A DNA stretch of 64,000 nt from an uncultured Prochlorococcus sp. (GTDB lineage Bacteria; Cyanobacteriota; Cyanobacteriia; PCC-6307; Cyanobiaceae), in contig CACGBT010000003.1 of the NCBI GenBank assembly GCA_902571335.1, positions 18,102 to 82,101 of the forward strand, given 5' to 3'. Shown in pieces: positions 42,549 through 52,766 of the stretch. Each line of letters opens with the position of its first letter. The stretch's first letter is position 1. The translations under genes and the position numbers were made by a program. The notes below the pieces were generated by a model, which was not told where the DNA came from, made no database searches, and worked only from the letters and a program-made list of their open reading frames with translations.

Positions 42549-43586
42549 CTAATTCTCAGCCCAAATATATTTAGTTAATTCTTCTGAAGGAGGTTCCGGT
42601 GCATCTAAAGCATTTTTAACAGACTCCGAGATCTCTGTATCAATTTTCTTTTCAATACTTTTCAATTCTTCTTCTGTTGCGAATTTTCCTTCAATAATTT
42701 CTTTAGCTAATTTCTTAATAGGATCTCTTTTACCCCAAAACTCCTTCTCTTTCTCAGACCTTAATTCGTCAGGATCTGCAAGAGAATGGCCTCTGTATCT
42801 ATAAGTCAAGCACTCTAAAAGAGTGGGCCCTTCTCCTGCTCTGGCTCGTTCTATTGCTCTTTGTGCTGCCCCTCTTACTGCTAATACATCCATTCCATCA
42901 ACTTCCTCACCATGCATTCCAAAAGCTGATGCTTTTCTCCAGATTTCGGGATTGCTGGTTGCTCTATCGTGAGCCATGCCAATAGCCCATTTGTTATTCT
43001 CAACAACAAAAATTATGGGTAATTTCCATAATTGAGCCATATTTAAACATTCAAAAAACTGTCCATTATTGCAGGTGCCATCTCCAAAAAATGCTGCAGT
43101 TACTGAATCACTACTGTTATTACCAGCAACTTCTTTTTGATATTTACTTGAAAAGGCTGCTCCTAAAGCAACTGGAATACCTTCTCCAATGAATGCATAT
43201 CCTCCCAATAAGTGATGCTCTTTGGAAAATAAGTGCATTGATCCTCCTCTGCCTTTACTACAGCCAGTAGCTTTACCAAAAAGTTCACTCATCACTTCAA
43301 AAGAAGGAACACCCGCACTTAGTGCGTGGACATGATCGCGGTAGGTACTACAAAACCAATCATGTTTCTTTTTCATAGCCCCAATTACTCCAGTGCTAAT
43401 AGCTTCCTGTCCGTTATATAAATGAACGAAACCAAACATCTTCCCCCTGTAGTACATTTCTGCACACTTATCCTCGAATCTTCGCCCAAGGGTCATATCT
43501 TCATAAAGAAATAATCCGGTTTGTCTATCCAGTTTGGCTTTTTTTATGTCTTGAAGATTTGAGATTCTCTCTACGTGTGTTTCCAA
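42549..43586 (-). CDS. pdhA: Pyruvate dehydrogenase E1 alpha subunit
   Basis: [31 protein letters not shown]. Confidence 0.97.
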   Translation of the reverse strand: METHVERISNLQDIKKAKLDRQTGLFLYEDMTLGRRFEDKCAEMYYRGKMFGFVHLYNGQEAISTGVIGAMKKKHDWFCSTYRDHVHALSAGVPSFEVMSELFGKATGCSKGRGGSMHLFSKEHHLLGGYAFIGEGIPVALGAAFSSKYQKEVAGNNSSDSVTAAFFGDGTCNNGQFFECLNMAQLWKLPIIFVVENNKWAIGMAHDRATSNPEIWRKASAFGMHGEEVDGMDVLAVRGAAQRAIERARAGEGPTLLECLTYRYRGHSLADPDELRSEKEKEFWGKRDPIKKLAKEIIEGKFATEEELKSIEKKIDTEISESVKNALDAPEPPSEELTKYIWAEN

Positions 43587-43734
43587 GAAAATACCTTAAT
43601 GAAGTTTTGATTTGTTAACATTCTAAGGCGTGAAGGTCGAATTTCACGATTTTTTTTAATAAGTCTGTAAGACCTTATGAAAAAATTTTTTAACTTGATA
43701 AAATTTGTCTAAGAATTTTCAATAGGATATTTGT

Positions 43735-45840
43735 TTGGAACTTCCTTTAGACCATTTTCGTTTAATTGGCGTAAGCCCCTCAGCGACATCTGAGGAAATA
43801 TTAAGAGCGTTTCAATTAAGGTTGGACAAAACTCCTAATGAAGGATTTACTTATGAAGTTTTAACCCAAAGATCAGAATTGCTTCGGCTTACGGCTGATT
43901 TACTTACAGATCCAGAAACTAGGAGAGAGTACGAAAACCGGTTACTAAATGGCGCATCTGGATTAGAATTTTCTTCAAATAGAGAAGTAGCAGGATTAAT
44001 ACTTCTTTGGGAAGCAGGTTCCGTAAAAGAAGCTTTCAAAATCACTAGAAAAGCTCTCCAGCCCCCACAAACGCCAGCTTTAGGAAGTAGTAGAGAAGCA
44101 GATTTAACTTTATTGGCTTCTTTATCAGCTAGAGATTCTGCAATTCAAGAACAACAAAATAGATCGTATTCAAACGCCGCAGACTTTTTACATGAGGGTA
44201 TACAACTTCTTCAAAGAATGGGAAAGCTTGTTGAAAGAAGAAAAGAACTTGAAGAAGATTTGGTTTCTCTTCTCCCATACAGGATTTTAGATCTACTTAG
44301 TAGGGATCTAAATGATCAGGAGTCTCATAAAAGAGGTTTAAGTATGTTGGAAAATTTGATAATTAAAAGAGGTGGATTGGAAGGTAATAATAAATCTGAA
44401 TATGAACATTATCTAAATCAGAAAGAATTCGAAGCTTTTTTTCAACAAATAAGGCCATATTTGACAGTGCAAGAACAGATAGATTTGTTTCTTGAATTAA
44501 AAAATAGAGGATCATTGGAAGCAGGATTTTTAGCTTTTGTTTCATTGACAGCAATTGGGTTTTCTAGAAGAAAACCTGAAAAATTATTTGAAGCGAGGAG
44601 AATTCTAAAGAAACTTAATTTATCAGGTCTTGATTCAATGCCACTGATTGGTTGTTTGGACCTGCTTTTAGCTGATATTGATCAAGCTTCTGCAAGATTC
44701 TCTAGCAGTTCTGATGAGAATTTACTAAATTGGCTTAAAATTTATCCTGGAAATAAATTAGAAGCGATATGTATTTTCTGTAAAAATTGGTTAGAAAATG
44801 ATGTTTTAGTTGGATATAGAGATATTGACTCAAAAGAGGTGGATTTAGATTCTTGGTTTGAAGATAGGGAAATTCAAGAATTTATTGAAAAATTAGAGGC
44901 TAAAGCAAATAAGAATTCTATAATATCAAATTTTCAGAACCAACTAACAGCAAAGGAATCTTCGACAAAAACCACTGAAGTTTTTGATAATACAATTGGC
45001 AATATTGATGAAAGGAGATTACCTTGGCCTGGTGGCATAAAACAAGATTATGAAAAGGTTGAGATCAAAGAAAACGAATTCAATGAGGAATTCTTTAAGA
45101 AAAAACCAATAGAGTTTTACAAATTTTTAATAGAAAAAATTGCTGAATTTAAGTTTGTTTTTGGGGAATTCTTGAACGGAAAAGAGATTATTAATAGGTC
45201 ATCTTATTTAATTTATATTTATGCTTTTTTGATCTTGTTTGCATTTGGTATTGGTATTGGATTTTTAAGAAATAATTTAAAAAAATCAATTAAGGATGAA
45301 GCTGTTGCTGAAAAACCTTTAATAGTTAAAGAAAAAAATCAAAAGCCTAGTGAGAGAGATATTATTCAAGAAATTAAAAAAAATCCTTCGAATAATTTGA
45401 AGTCCATTACCGAGAAATCTACTGTAGTTAATTCTTCCAAATTCAAAGAACTCACAAAATCTTCACCTTCTTTAGAAGATATAAGAGATCTAATTAATGT
45501 ATGGCTTCTAAGTAAAAGTAATTATTTAGCTGGTAAGAGTGAAATTAATCTTTCTAATATTGTTAGTAAAGGTCTAATTGATCGAACAATCGAAGAAAGA
45601 CAGAACGATATCAATAAGAGAATTTATAAAGAAATTAATTCCCAAATACGTAAGATTGATTTGGAATCGCAAACTTCATCTCGGATAGTTGTTTTAGTAG
45701 AGTTGAATTATTTAGAGAGAATAGTAAAGAATTCTGGAGAATTTGTTAATGAAACATCATTAAATCCCCTTAAAGTTAAATATATTTTGGGTTTTTCAAA
45801 TAAATCATGGAAATTGGTTGATTTCGTCAGCGGCTTGTAA
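43735..45840 (+). CDS. ftn2: Division protein Ftn2/ZipN (ARC6 homologue)
   Basis: MELPLDHFRLIGV J-like N-terminus, LLPYRILDLL, single TM helix, C-terminal IMS-like domain. Confidence 0.88.
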   Translation: MELPLDHFRLIGVSPSATSEEILRAFQLRLDKTPNEGFTYEVLTQRSELLRLTADLLTDPETRREYENRLLNGASGLEFSSNREVAGLILLWEAGSVKEAFKITRKALQPPQTPALGSSREADLTLLASLSARDSAIQEQQNRSYSNAADFLHEGIQLLQRMGKLVERRKELEEDLVSLLPYRILDLLSRDLNDQESHKRGLSMLENLIIKRGGLEGNNKSEYEHYLNQKEFEAFFQQIRPYLTVQEQIDLFLELKNRGSLEAGFLAFVSLTAIGFSRRKPEKLFEARRILKKLNLSGLDSMPLIGCLDLLLADIDQASARFSSSSDENLLNWLKIYPGNKLEAICIFCKNWLENDVLVGYRDIDSKEVDLDSWFEDREIQEFIEKLEAKANKNSIISNFQNQLTAKESSTKTTEVFDNTIGNIDERRLPWPGGIKQDYEKVEIKENEFNEEFFKKKPIEFYKFLIEKIAEFKFVFGEFLNGKEIINRSSYLIYIYAFLILFAFGIGIGFLRNNLKKSIKDEAVAEKPLIVKEKNQKPSERDIIQEIKKNPSNNLKSITEKSTVVNSSKFKELTKSSPSLEDIRDLINVWLLSKSNYLAGKSEINLSNIVSKGLIDRTIEERQNDINKRIYKEINSQIRKIDLESQTSSRIVVLVELNYLERIVKNSGEFVNETSLNPLKVKYILGFSNKSWKLVDFVSGL

Positions 45841-45887
45841 TTACAAACTTCAAGATCATCTATAATAATTAAAATTACTTATTAATA

Positions 45888-47348
45888 ATGTTTGATGAAC
45901 TCTCGTCACGCTTTGAAGACGCAGTAAAGGGTTTAAGAGGCGAAGCAAAAATTAGTGAAAATAACATTAACGAAGCCTTGAAGGAGGTAAAAAGAGCACT
46001 CCTTGATGCAGATGTTAGTTTGTCTGTAGTAAAAGAGTTTATATCAGATGTAAAAGATAAAGCTATTGGGGAAGAAGTAGTTAGGGGTGTTAACCCAGGT
46101 CAAAAATTTATAGAGGTTGTAAATAAAGAATTGATTAACATTATGGGGAATGAAAATTCTCCATTAAACGAAAATGAAAATAGTCCTACAGTCATTTTGA
46201 TGGCTGGACTTCAAGGAGCGGGTAAAACAACTGCGACAGGAAAATTAGGACTTTATTTAAAGCAAAAAGATAAAAAAGTTCTTTTAGTGGCTGCAGATAT
46301 TTATCGACCAGCAGCTGTAGAGCAGCTTAAAACATTGGGAAGTCAATATGAATTGGAAGTTTTTTCAGCTAAAGAAAAGAATAGTAAACCAGAAGTAATA
46401 GCAAAGGAAGCATTGAATTTTGCTAGTGAAAATGATTTTAATTCGATAATTATTGATACTGCAGGAAGACTGCAAATTGATGATTCCATGATGAGTGAAA
46501 TGGTTCGAATAAAAGAAGTTTCTAATCCTGATGAGGTTTTGCTTGTTGTTGATTCAATGATTGGGCAAGAAGCTGCAGACTTAACAAAGTCATTTCATGA
46601 AAAAGTAGGAATCACAGGGGCGATATTAACAAAGTTGGATGGTGACTCAAGAGGCGGAGCTGCTTTATCAATAAGAAAAATAAGTGGTAAACCAATCAAA
46701 TTTATAGGTGTAGGTGAAAAAATAGAGGCACTGCAACCATTTCATCCAGAGAGAATGGCTAGCAGAATTTTAGGCATGGGCGATGTATTGACACTTGTTG
46801 AAAAAGCACAAAAAGAAGTTGAACTTGCTGATGCAGAAGCGATGCAAAAGAAACTTCAAGAAGCGACTTTCGATTTTAATGATTTTGTTAAGCAAATGAG
46901 ATTAATTAAAAGGATGGGATCACTTGGGGGATTGATTAAATTGATTCCTGGAATGAATAAAATCGATGATGGGATGATAAAAGATGGCGAAGATCAACTT
47001 AAGAAAATAGAATCAATGATCTCTTCAATGACTCTTGAGGAAAAACAAAAACCTGAGGTTCTAGCTGCTCAGCCTTCAAGAAGACAAAGAATCGCTCAAG
47101 GTAGCGGTTATGAAGCAAAAGATGTTGATAAAGTATTAGCTGACTTTCAAAGAATGAGAGGCTTTATGAAACAAATGTCGAACGGAGGGATGCCTGGAAT
47201 GGGCGGAATGCCAGGAATGGGCGGAATGCCAGGAATGGGCGGAATGCCAGGAATGGGAGGGATGCCAGGAATGGGAGGGATGAGTGGTAATAAGCCAATG
47301 AAAAAACAAAAAAATAATAAAAAGAAAAAAGGTTTTGCAGATCTATAG
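45888..47348 (+). CDS. ffh: Signal recognition particle protein
   Basis: GLQGAGKTT, DTAGRLQ, TKLDGDSRGGAALS, M-domain SRRQRIA.GSG. Confidence 0.98.
   Translation: MFDELSSRFEDAVKGLRGEAKISENNINEALKEVKRALLDADVSLSVVKEFISDVKDKAIGEEVVRGVNPGQKFIEVVNKELINIMGNENSPLNENENSPTVILMAGLQGAGKTTATGKLGLYLKQKDKKVLLVAADIYRPAAVEQLKTLGSQYELEVFSAKEKNSKPEVIAKEALNFASENDFNSIIIDTAGRLQIDDSMMSEMVRIKEVSNPDEVLLVVDSMIGQEAADLTKSFHEKVGITGAILTKLDGDSRGGAALSIRKISGKPIKFIGVGEKIEALQPFHPERMASRILGMGDVLTLVEKAQKEVELADAEAMQKKLQEATFDFNDFVKQMRLIKRMGSLGGLIKLIPGMNKIDDGMIKDGEDQLKKIESMISSMTLEEKQKPEVLAAQPSRRQRIAQGSGYEAKDVDKVLADFQRMRGFMKQMSNGGMPGMGGMPGMGGMPGMGGMPGMGGMPGMGGMSGNKPMKKQKNNKKKKGFADL
47184..47282 (+). repeat. In-frame 18-bp tandem repeat (5.5 copies) encoding (GGMPGM)n in the Ffh tail
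   Basis: GGMGGRATGCCWGGAATG units; three identical GGCGGAATGCCAGGAATG copies at 47202-47255. Confidence 0.95.
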
Positions 47349-47402
47349 TTTCTATATTTTTACCTTTAAATGATATTATTATTAAAAACACATTAATTTA
47401 AG

Positions 47403-47768
47403 ATGATTAAATTGCGCCTTAAGCGCTTTGGAAAGAAAAAAGAGGCAAGTTTCAGAATTGTTGCATGCAATAGTACTTCCAGAAGAGATGGTAGACCTCT
47501 ACAAGAACTAGGTTTTTATAATCCAAGAACTAAGGAAACCAGGCTTGACACAGAAGCTTTAAGAATAAGACTTACTCAGGGTGCTCAGCCAACTGATGTT
47601 GTGAGAACTTTATTAGAAAAGGGAGGGTTATTAGAAAAAAAAGAAAGATCCTCTATCGCAATTGGTAAAGCGAAGTTAGAGAAGGAAAAATTAGCTAAGG
47701 CTAAAACTAAAGACGAAGAAAATGTTAGTAGTAAAGCTGAAAGCGAGAGTAATGAAGCTGAAAGCTAG
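47403..47768 (+). CDS. rpsP: 30S ribosomal protein S16
   Basis: [12 protein letters not shown]...[15 protein letters not shown]...GAQPT; charged C-terminal extension. Confidence 0.97.
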   Translation: MIKLRLKRFGKKKEASFRIVACNSTSRRDGRPLQELGFYNPRTKETRLDTEALRIRLTQGAQPTDVVRTLLEKGGLLEKKERSSIAIGKAKLEKEKLAKAKTKDEENVSSKAESESNEAES

Positions 47769-47804
47769 TGATTTGATAAATTTTTATTCTTATTCAATAA
47801 CTAG

Positions 47805-48761
47805 ATGAAGGAAGTTTCCAACACTGGTCACTTCACAATAGATTTGCCAAGCTCTGATGCAGCTACAGCATTATCTGGACCTGGTAATTCTTTCTTAAAA
47901 AAATTTGAGTCTCTTACAGGAGTTTCTTTAACTATAAGAGGCTTACAACTTGAGATGAATGGTGTCATATCTAAAATTGAGAGAGCCTCAGCATTAGTGG
48001 AACTAACAAGACCAATTTGGGAACAAGGGTTAGAAGTCCCAGAGGTAGATCTTAAAGCCGCTTTAAGTTCTTTAAATATGGGCGAATCGTCTTCACATGC
48101 TGAACTTGGAAAAAAAATTCTTGCGCGTTCCAAAGAAGGAAGATATTTAAGACCAAGAACTATAAGGCAAAAAGAATATGTTGAATCAATTGAAAACTTT
48201 GATCTTACTTTCGCAATTGGCCCAGCTGGAACTGGTAAAACATTTTTAGCAACTGTCTGCGCGGCAAGGCTATTGAACGAGAAAAAAATTGAAAAAATTG
48301 TTTTAACCAGACCAGCAGTAGAAGCTGGTGAAAGTTTGGGATTTCTACCTGGTGATTTGCAACAAAAAGTAGATCCATATTTAAGACCTTTATTTGATTC
48401 TTTACATAGTATTTTCGGGTTTGATAGAACAAATTCGTTAATTGATAAGGGAATTATTGAAGTTGCTCCTTTGGCATTTATGAGAGGGAGAACTTTAGAT
48501 AATTCTTTGATTATTTTGGATGAAGCACAAAATACTACTTGCGCTCAAATGAGAATGTTTTTGACCAGATTAGGAGAGAGATCAAAAATGGTTGTAAACG
48601 GAGATATTACACAAATTGATTTAAAAAAAGATCAGGAAAGCGGCCTTATTGAAGCATCGAGAATTTTCTCTGAAACTGAAGGTATAAAATTTTGTTATTT
48701 AAATATTGAAGATGTAGTTCGTCATCCTTTAGTTCAGAAAATTATTGAGGCTTATCAATAA
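47805..48761 (+). CDS. phoH: PhoH family ATPase (YbeZ-like)
   Basis: GPAGTGKT, LGFLPGDL..KVDPY, FMRGRTL, DEAQN, VVRHPLV. Confidence 0.93.
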   Translation: MKEVSNTGHFTIDLPSSDAATALSGPGNSFLKKFESLTGVSLTIRGLQLEMNGVISKIERASALVELTRPIWEQGLEVPEVDLKAALSSLNMGESSSHAELGKKILARSKEGRYLRPRTIRQKEYVESIENFDLTFAIGPAGTGKTFLATVCAARLLNEKKIEKIVLTRPAVEAGESLGFLPGDLQQKVDPYLRPLFDSLHSIFGFDRTNSLIDKGIIEVAPLAFMRGRTLDNSLIILDEAQNTTCAQMRMFLTRLGERSKMVVNGDITQIDLKKDQESGLIEASRIFSETEGIKFCYLNIEDVVRHPLVQKIIEAYQ

Positions 48762-48834
48762 TTTTATAACTCTGGAGACCCGTACCCTGAAATTTTAAAA
48801 ATCAAGTAGAATAAGTCAATATTCAATAAAAAAA

Positions 48835-49572
48835 ATGCCAGCAAGTAGTAATTTCAATCAAGCTATTCGTGAAGCACAAACTAGTTCAATTGTTGGACCT
48901 AATGTTGTTCAAAAAGCTTTACCTTATGTAGGTGGAGGTATGGTTCTAACTTCTTTAGGAGTTTTAGCAGGTGTCTCACTCATCGCAACAAATCCTGGCC
49001 TTTTCCAGCCTCTTTCAATAGTTGCATTAATTGCAGAATTGATTTTGTTTTTTATAGCAACAAGCGCTGCAAATAATGCAAATAATGCGAAGGCCTTGCC
49101 CTTGTTGACAGGATTTAGTTTGTTAACTGGATTTACCTTAAGTGGAATAGTTGCTTTAGCAATAGGCACAATTGGTATTGGTTCGGTTGGAACAGCTGCC
49201 TTAGCTACTGGTATAACTTTCGTTATTGCATCTTACACTGGCCAAAGAATGAGTGATAGTGTAGGTCAAGCACTAAGTGGGGTAGTTGGTCTTGGATTGA
49301 TAGGACTGCTCATAGCAATGTTTGTTCAATTAATTGGAGGATTCTTTGCTCCAGGAGTTTTTGGAGGTTCAGGACTCGAATTGATAATTGCAGGATTTGG
49401 AACTGTCTTATTTGTTGCAATGTCTTTCGTTGATTTCTATACAATGCCAAGAAGATATAATGATGATCAATACCTCGCAGGGGCTTTGGGTATGTATCTA
49501 ACTTATATAAATCTTTTTGTTTTCATATTGAGATTAATGATTGCACTCCAAGGCGGTGGAAGAAGAGACTAA
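48835..49572 (+). CDS. Bax inhibitor-1/YccA family membrane protein
   Basis: About 7 TM helices; C-terminal YL.GALGMYLTYINLF..ILRL. Confidence 0.88.
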   Translation: MPASSNFNQAIREAQTSSIVGPNVVQKALPYVGGGMVLTSLGVLAGVSLIATNPGLFQPLSIVALIAELILFFIATSAANNANNAKALPLLTGFSLLTGFTLSGIVALAIGTIGIGSVGTAALATGITFVIASYTGQRMSDSVGQALSGVVGLGLIGLLIAMFVQLIGGFFAPGVFGGSGLELIIAGFGTVLFVAMSFVDFYTMPRRYNDDQYLAGALGMYLTYINLFVFILRLMIALQGGGRRD

Positions 49573-49595
49573 ATACTTTACGTATATAACTAACC

Positions 49596-49626
49596 AAAGC
49601 GTAGATTTTTGTTTCTACGCTTTTTT
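49596..49626 (+). terminator. Intrinsic terminator between convergent genes, possibly bidirectional
   Basis: AAAGCGTAGA-TTTTTGTT-TCTACGCTTT stem-loop followed by more T. Confidence 0.78.
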
Positions 49627-50152
49627 ATTGGGCGATATCAAGAATTTGTTTTTTTATAAATTCCTTTTGCTCTGAGTCATATTTTACTGAATTATCAAAA
49701 CTATTGCCCATATCATCTAAGTCTCCAAGGACTTGATTGACAGACTTTTTAACTGACTTAGTTTCTAGAAGTCTTAAAATAGCCTTACATCTATCTGAAA
49801 TGTTTTCCGATGTCATCTCATATTCATGATTATTATCTCTTCGATGAATAATAATTTGAGCGGAACTCATTATTAAATTTTTTACTACTATGTCTGTTAC
49901 AGCATCACCACCTTCGTTCAGTTTGTAAATTAATGAAAAAGGAAGTTTATCTAACAAAAAACAATTTTTATCTGATAAAGCGTATGCAAAAAATCCTCTG
50001 AGTCCATTTCTTGTTTTAGTTAGCTCTGCGATTCTATCTGCTAAAACCTCCTCGCTTAGTAAATCTTCACCCCACTCTTTGCACCATTGTGCGGATATGT
50101 TTATTGCTTGCGTGAACGAAGCTTCTTTAAAATTTATGGTTTTTTTTTCCAT
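49625..50152 (-). CDS. Conserved hypothetical protein
   Basis: 175-aa ORF filling the gap between BI-1 and era; T.NG.RGFF motif; helical. Confidence 0.7.
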   Translation of the reverse strand: MEKKTINFKEASFTQAINISAQWCKEWGEDLLSEEVLADRIAELTKTRNGLRGFFAYALSDKNCFLLDKLPFSLIYKLNEGGDAVTDIVVKNLIMSSAQIIIHRRDNNHEYEMTSENISDRCKAILRLLETKSVKKSVNQVLGDLDDMGNSFDNSVKYDSEQKEFIKKQILDIAQ

Positions 50153-50190
50153 TTTTGATCAGAATTTTATTATTGATGCATTAAAAGTCA

Positions 50191-51102
50191 TTGGCTAATT
50201 ATAGATCTGGGTTTGTAACTTTACTAGGAAGGCCAAATGTAGGTAAATCTACTTTAATAAATAAATTGATTGGAGAAAAAATAACAATTACTTCTCCAAT
50301 AGCGCAAACTACTAGAAATAAATTAAAAGGAATACTTACTACAGACAATGGGCAAATAATTTTTGTTGATACGCCAGGTGTTCATAAACCTCATCATCGA
50401 CTTGGAGAGATATTAGTAAAAAACGCAAAATCTGCAATTAATGGAGTTGATATGGTAATTTTTGTAATTGATTCAAGTGAAGCACCAGGTAGAGGTGATG
50501 AATATATTTTGAACTTTCTAATCACAAATAAAACTGAGTTTATTGTGGCATTAAATAAGTGGGATTTGGTTAATAAAGAATTTAGGAATTTACGATTAGA
50601 TCAATATAGAAGATTTTTTGGAATTGATAGAAACTTTCAAATTGTAAGTGCTTCTAAAGGAGAGGGATGTTCTGAACTAGTCGATATGGCGCTAAATTTT
50701 CTTCCAGAGGGACCTAAACTTTATGGCGAAGAGACGATTTGCGACCAACCTTTAGATAACTTATTATCTGATTTAATAAGAGAGCAGGTATTAAAAAATA
50801 CAAGAGAAGAGGTACCTCATAGTGTCGCAGTAAAGATAGAAAAGATAGAGGAAATGAAAAGAAAAAATGGCAAATTTCTTACAGCTATTTTGGCTACTAT
50901 TATTGTTGAAAGATCAACTCAAAAAGGCATTCTTATTGGAAAGAAAGGTTCAATGTTAAAAATGATTGGTCAGTCAGCAAGATCAAATATGTCAAAATTA
51001 ATTGATGGTCCTGTTCACCTAGAATTGTTTGTGAAAGTTGTTCCAAATTGGAGAAAAAAAGAATCAAGGTTAATTGAGTTTGGTTATGAGGAAGATTTCT
51101 AG
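50191..51102 (+). CDS. era: GTPase Era
   Basis: GRPNVGKST, QTTR, DTPG, NKWD, KH domain with QKGILIGKKG. Confidence 0.97.
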   Translation: MANYRSGFVTLLGRPNVGKSTLINKLIGEKITITSPIAQTTRNKLKGILTTDNGQIIFVDTPGVHKPHHRLGEILVKNAKSAINGVDMVIFVIDSSEAPGRGDEYILNFLITNKTEFIVALNKWDLVNKEFRNLRLDQYRRFFGIDRNFQIVSASKGEGCSELVDMALNFLPEGPKLYGEETICDQPLDNLLSDLIREQVLKNTREEVPHSVAVKIEKIEEMKRKNGKFLTAILATIIVERSTQKGILIGKKGSMLKMIGQSARSNMSKLIDGPVHLELFVKVVPNWRKKESRLIEFGYEEDF

Positions 51103-52323
51103 ATGAGTGGCTTTAATTTTGATGTAATTACATTGTTCCCTAAAGCTTTTGAATTAATAAATAATTTAGGGGTCATTACAAAAGCTCTAGATAAGAATTT
51201 GATCTATGTAAATTTACATGATTTAAGAGAATATGGAGAGGGTTCTTACAGACAAGTAGATGATAAGCCTTATGGAGGAGGAGCAGGTATGGTATTAAAA
51301 CCTGAACCTATTTATAAGGCATATAAATCAATTAGAAAATTACCAAAAAGTAAAACTTTGCTGATGACCCCACAGGGTAATGTCCTAAAGCAAAAGGATC
51401 TTGCGAGATGGTCCACTTTGGATCAAATAATAATTATTTGTGGTCAATATGAAGGTTTTGATGAAAGAATTAGATGTTTAGCTGATGAAGAGATATCGAT
51501 AGGCGATTATGTACTTTCTGGAGGTGAAATACCCGCTATATCAATAATTAACGGTTTGACTAGATTATTACCAGGAACTCTTGGTGATCCAGACTCCTTA
51601 GTCGATGAGAGTCATAATTCTTCTTTATTAGAATATCCTCAATACACGAGGCCGTTAACTTTTAAAGATATGAAAGTGCCAGATATTCTATTGAGCGGTA
51701 ATCATGAAGAGATTAAATCGTGGAGAAGAAGAAAAAGTTTTGAAAGAACATTGGAGAGAAGAAGTGACTTAATTTTAAATGAAAACTACAAAAAATCCCC
51801 ACAAAGTAAGAGAATAATAAAAGAAAATAATCAATTCATGAAATTTAGAATAGGTAATGGATACGATATTCACAGACTAGTAAAGGATAGAGATTTAATT
51901 ATTGGAGGTGTAAAATTGCATCATCCTGAAAATTTAGGATTGGATGGTCATAGTGATGCTGATGTTTTAAGTCACTCAATAATGGATGCTTTATTGGGAG
52001 CACTTTCGTTGGGCGACATAGGAAAGTATTTCCCCCCATCTGATGAAAAATGGAAAAATGCTGATAGCTTGTTTTTGTTGTCAAAAGTAATTGACTTAAT
52101 AAGACAAGATGGATGGGAAATAAATAATATTGATAGTGTTCTTGTTGCTGAAAGGCCAAAAATCATGCCACATATAAAAATAATGAAAAAAAATATTTCT
52201 GAAATCTTAAATATTGATGAAAATTTAATTGGGATTAAAGCAACCACGAATGAAAAATTGGGTCCAGAAGGGAGAGAAGAGGGTATAAGTTGCCATTCAG
52301 TAGTTTTACTTGAGAAAAAATGA
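51103..52323 (+). CDS. trmD-ispF: Fusion of tRNA (guanine-N1)-methyltransferase TrmD and MECDP synthase IspF
   Basis: TrmD motifs [30 protein letters not shown]; IspF motifs [29 protein letters not shown] in one frame. Confidence 0.93.
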   Translation: MSGFNFDVITLFPKAFELINNLGVITKALDKNLIYVNLHDLREYGEGSYRQVDDKPYGGGAGMVLKPEPIYKAYKSIRKLPKSKTLLMTPQGNVLKQKDLARWSTLDQIIIICGQYEGFDERIRCLADEEISIGDYVLSGGEIPAISIINGLTRLLPGTLGDPDSLVDESHNSSLLEYPQYTRPLTFKDMKVPDILLSGNHEEIKSWRRRKSFERTLERRSDLILNENYKKSPQSKRIIKENNQFMKFRIGNGYDIHRLVKDRDLIIGGVKLHHPENLGLDGHSDADVLSHSIMDALLGALSLGDIGKYFPPSDEKWKNADSLFLLSKVIDLIRQDGWEINNIDSVLVAERPKIMPHIKIMKKNISEILNIDENLIGIKATTNEKLGPEGREEGISCHSVVLLEKK

Positions 52324-52766
52324 GATTTAATTTAAGTTTGAAAAAAAAATTTCAAAGTTTTTGTTTATTATTAATTTGTTTAGTAGTTTTAATTTTCCAA
52401 TCTGATATTCCCAATTTAAAAGCTCTTACAATGGATAATTATCAAAGTGAAATGGTCATAGAGGAATTAAGACTTAAAGTACCTGCCGATGTAAAAGCAG
52501 CTTGGTTAAATGCTGAAAAAGAAATATGGGAGACATGGTTATCTTCTCAAGATGGTTTTTTGGGGAGACAACTTTTTTGGGATAAAGAAAAAGAAGAAGC
52601 TTTAATATTAGTAAATTGGAAAAGTAAGAAATTATGGAAAAGCATACCAATGTCAGAAGTAAATGTAGTCCAACAAAAATTTGAAGATAATGTTAAAACC
52701 GCTCTAAATGTAGGCGAAAATCCTTTTGAATTAATTTATGAGGGAGAATTAGATAAGCAAAGATGA
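52320..52766 (+). CDS. Cyanobacterial TIGR03792-like protein (ABM-type ferredoxin fold)
   Basis: IEELRLKVP...[18 protein letters not shown]; hydrophobic N-terminus. Confidence 0.7.
   Translation: MRFNLSLKKKFQSFCLLLICLVVLIFQSDIPNLKALTMDNYQSEMVIEELRLKVPADVKAAWLNAEKEIWETWLSSQDGFLGRQLFWDKEKEEALILVNWKSKKLWKSIPMSEVNVVQQKFEDNVKTALNVGENPFELIYEGELDKQR

Noticed and set aside
47184-47282. Direct-repeat array as a possible CRISPR
   Set aside because: No spacers, in-frame coding repeat within ffh, and no cas genes.
49069-49089. GCAAATAAT duplication (ANNANNA) in the BI-1 gene
   Set aside because: Short in-frame loop duplication with no evidence of significance.
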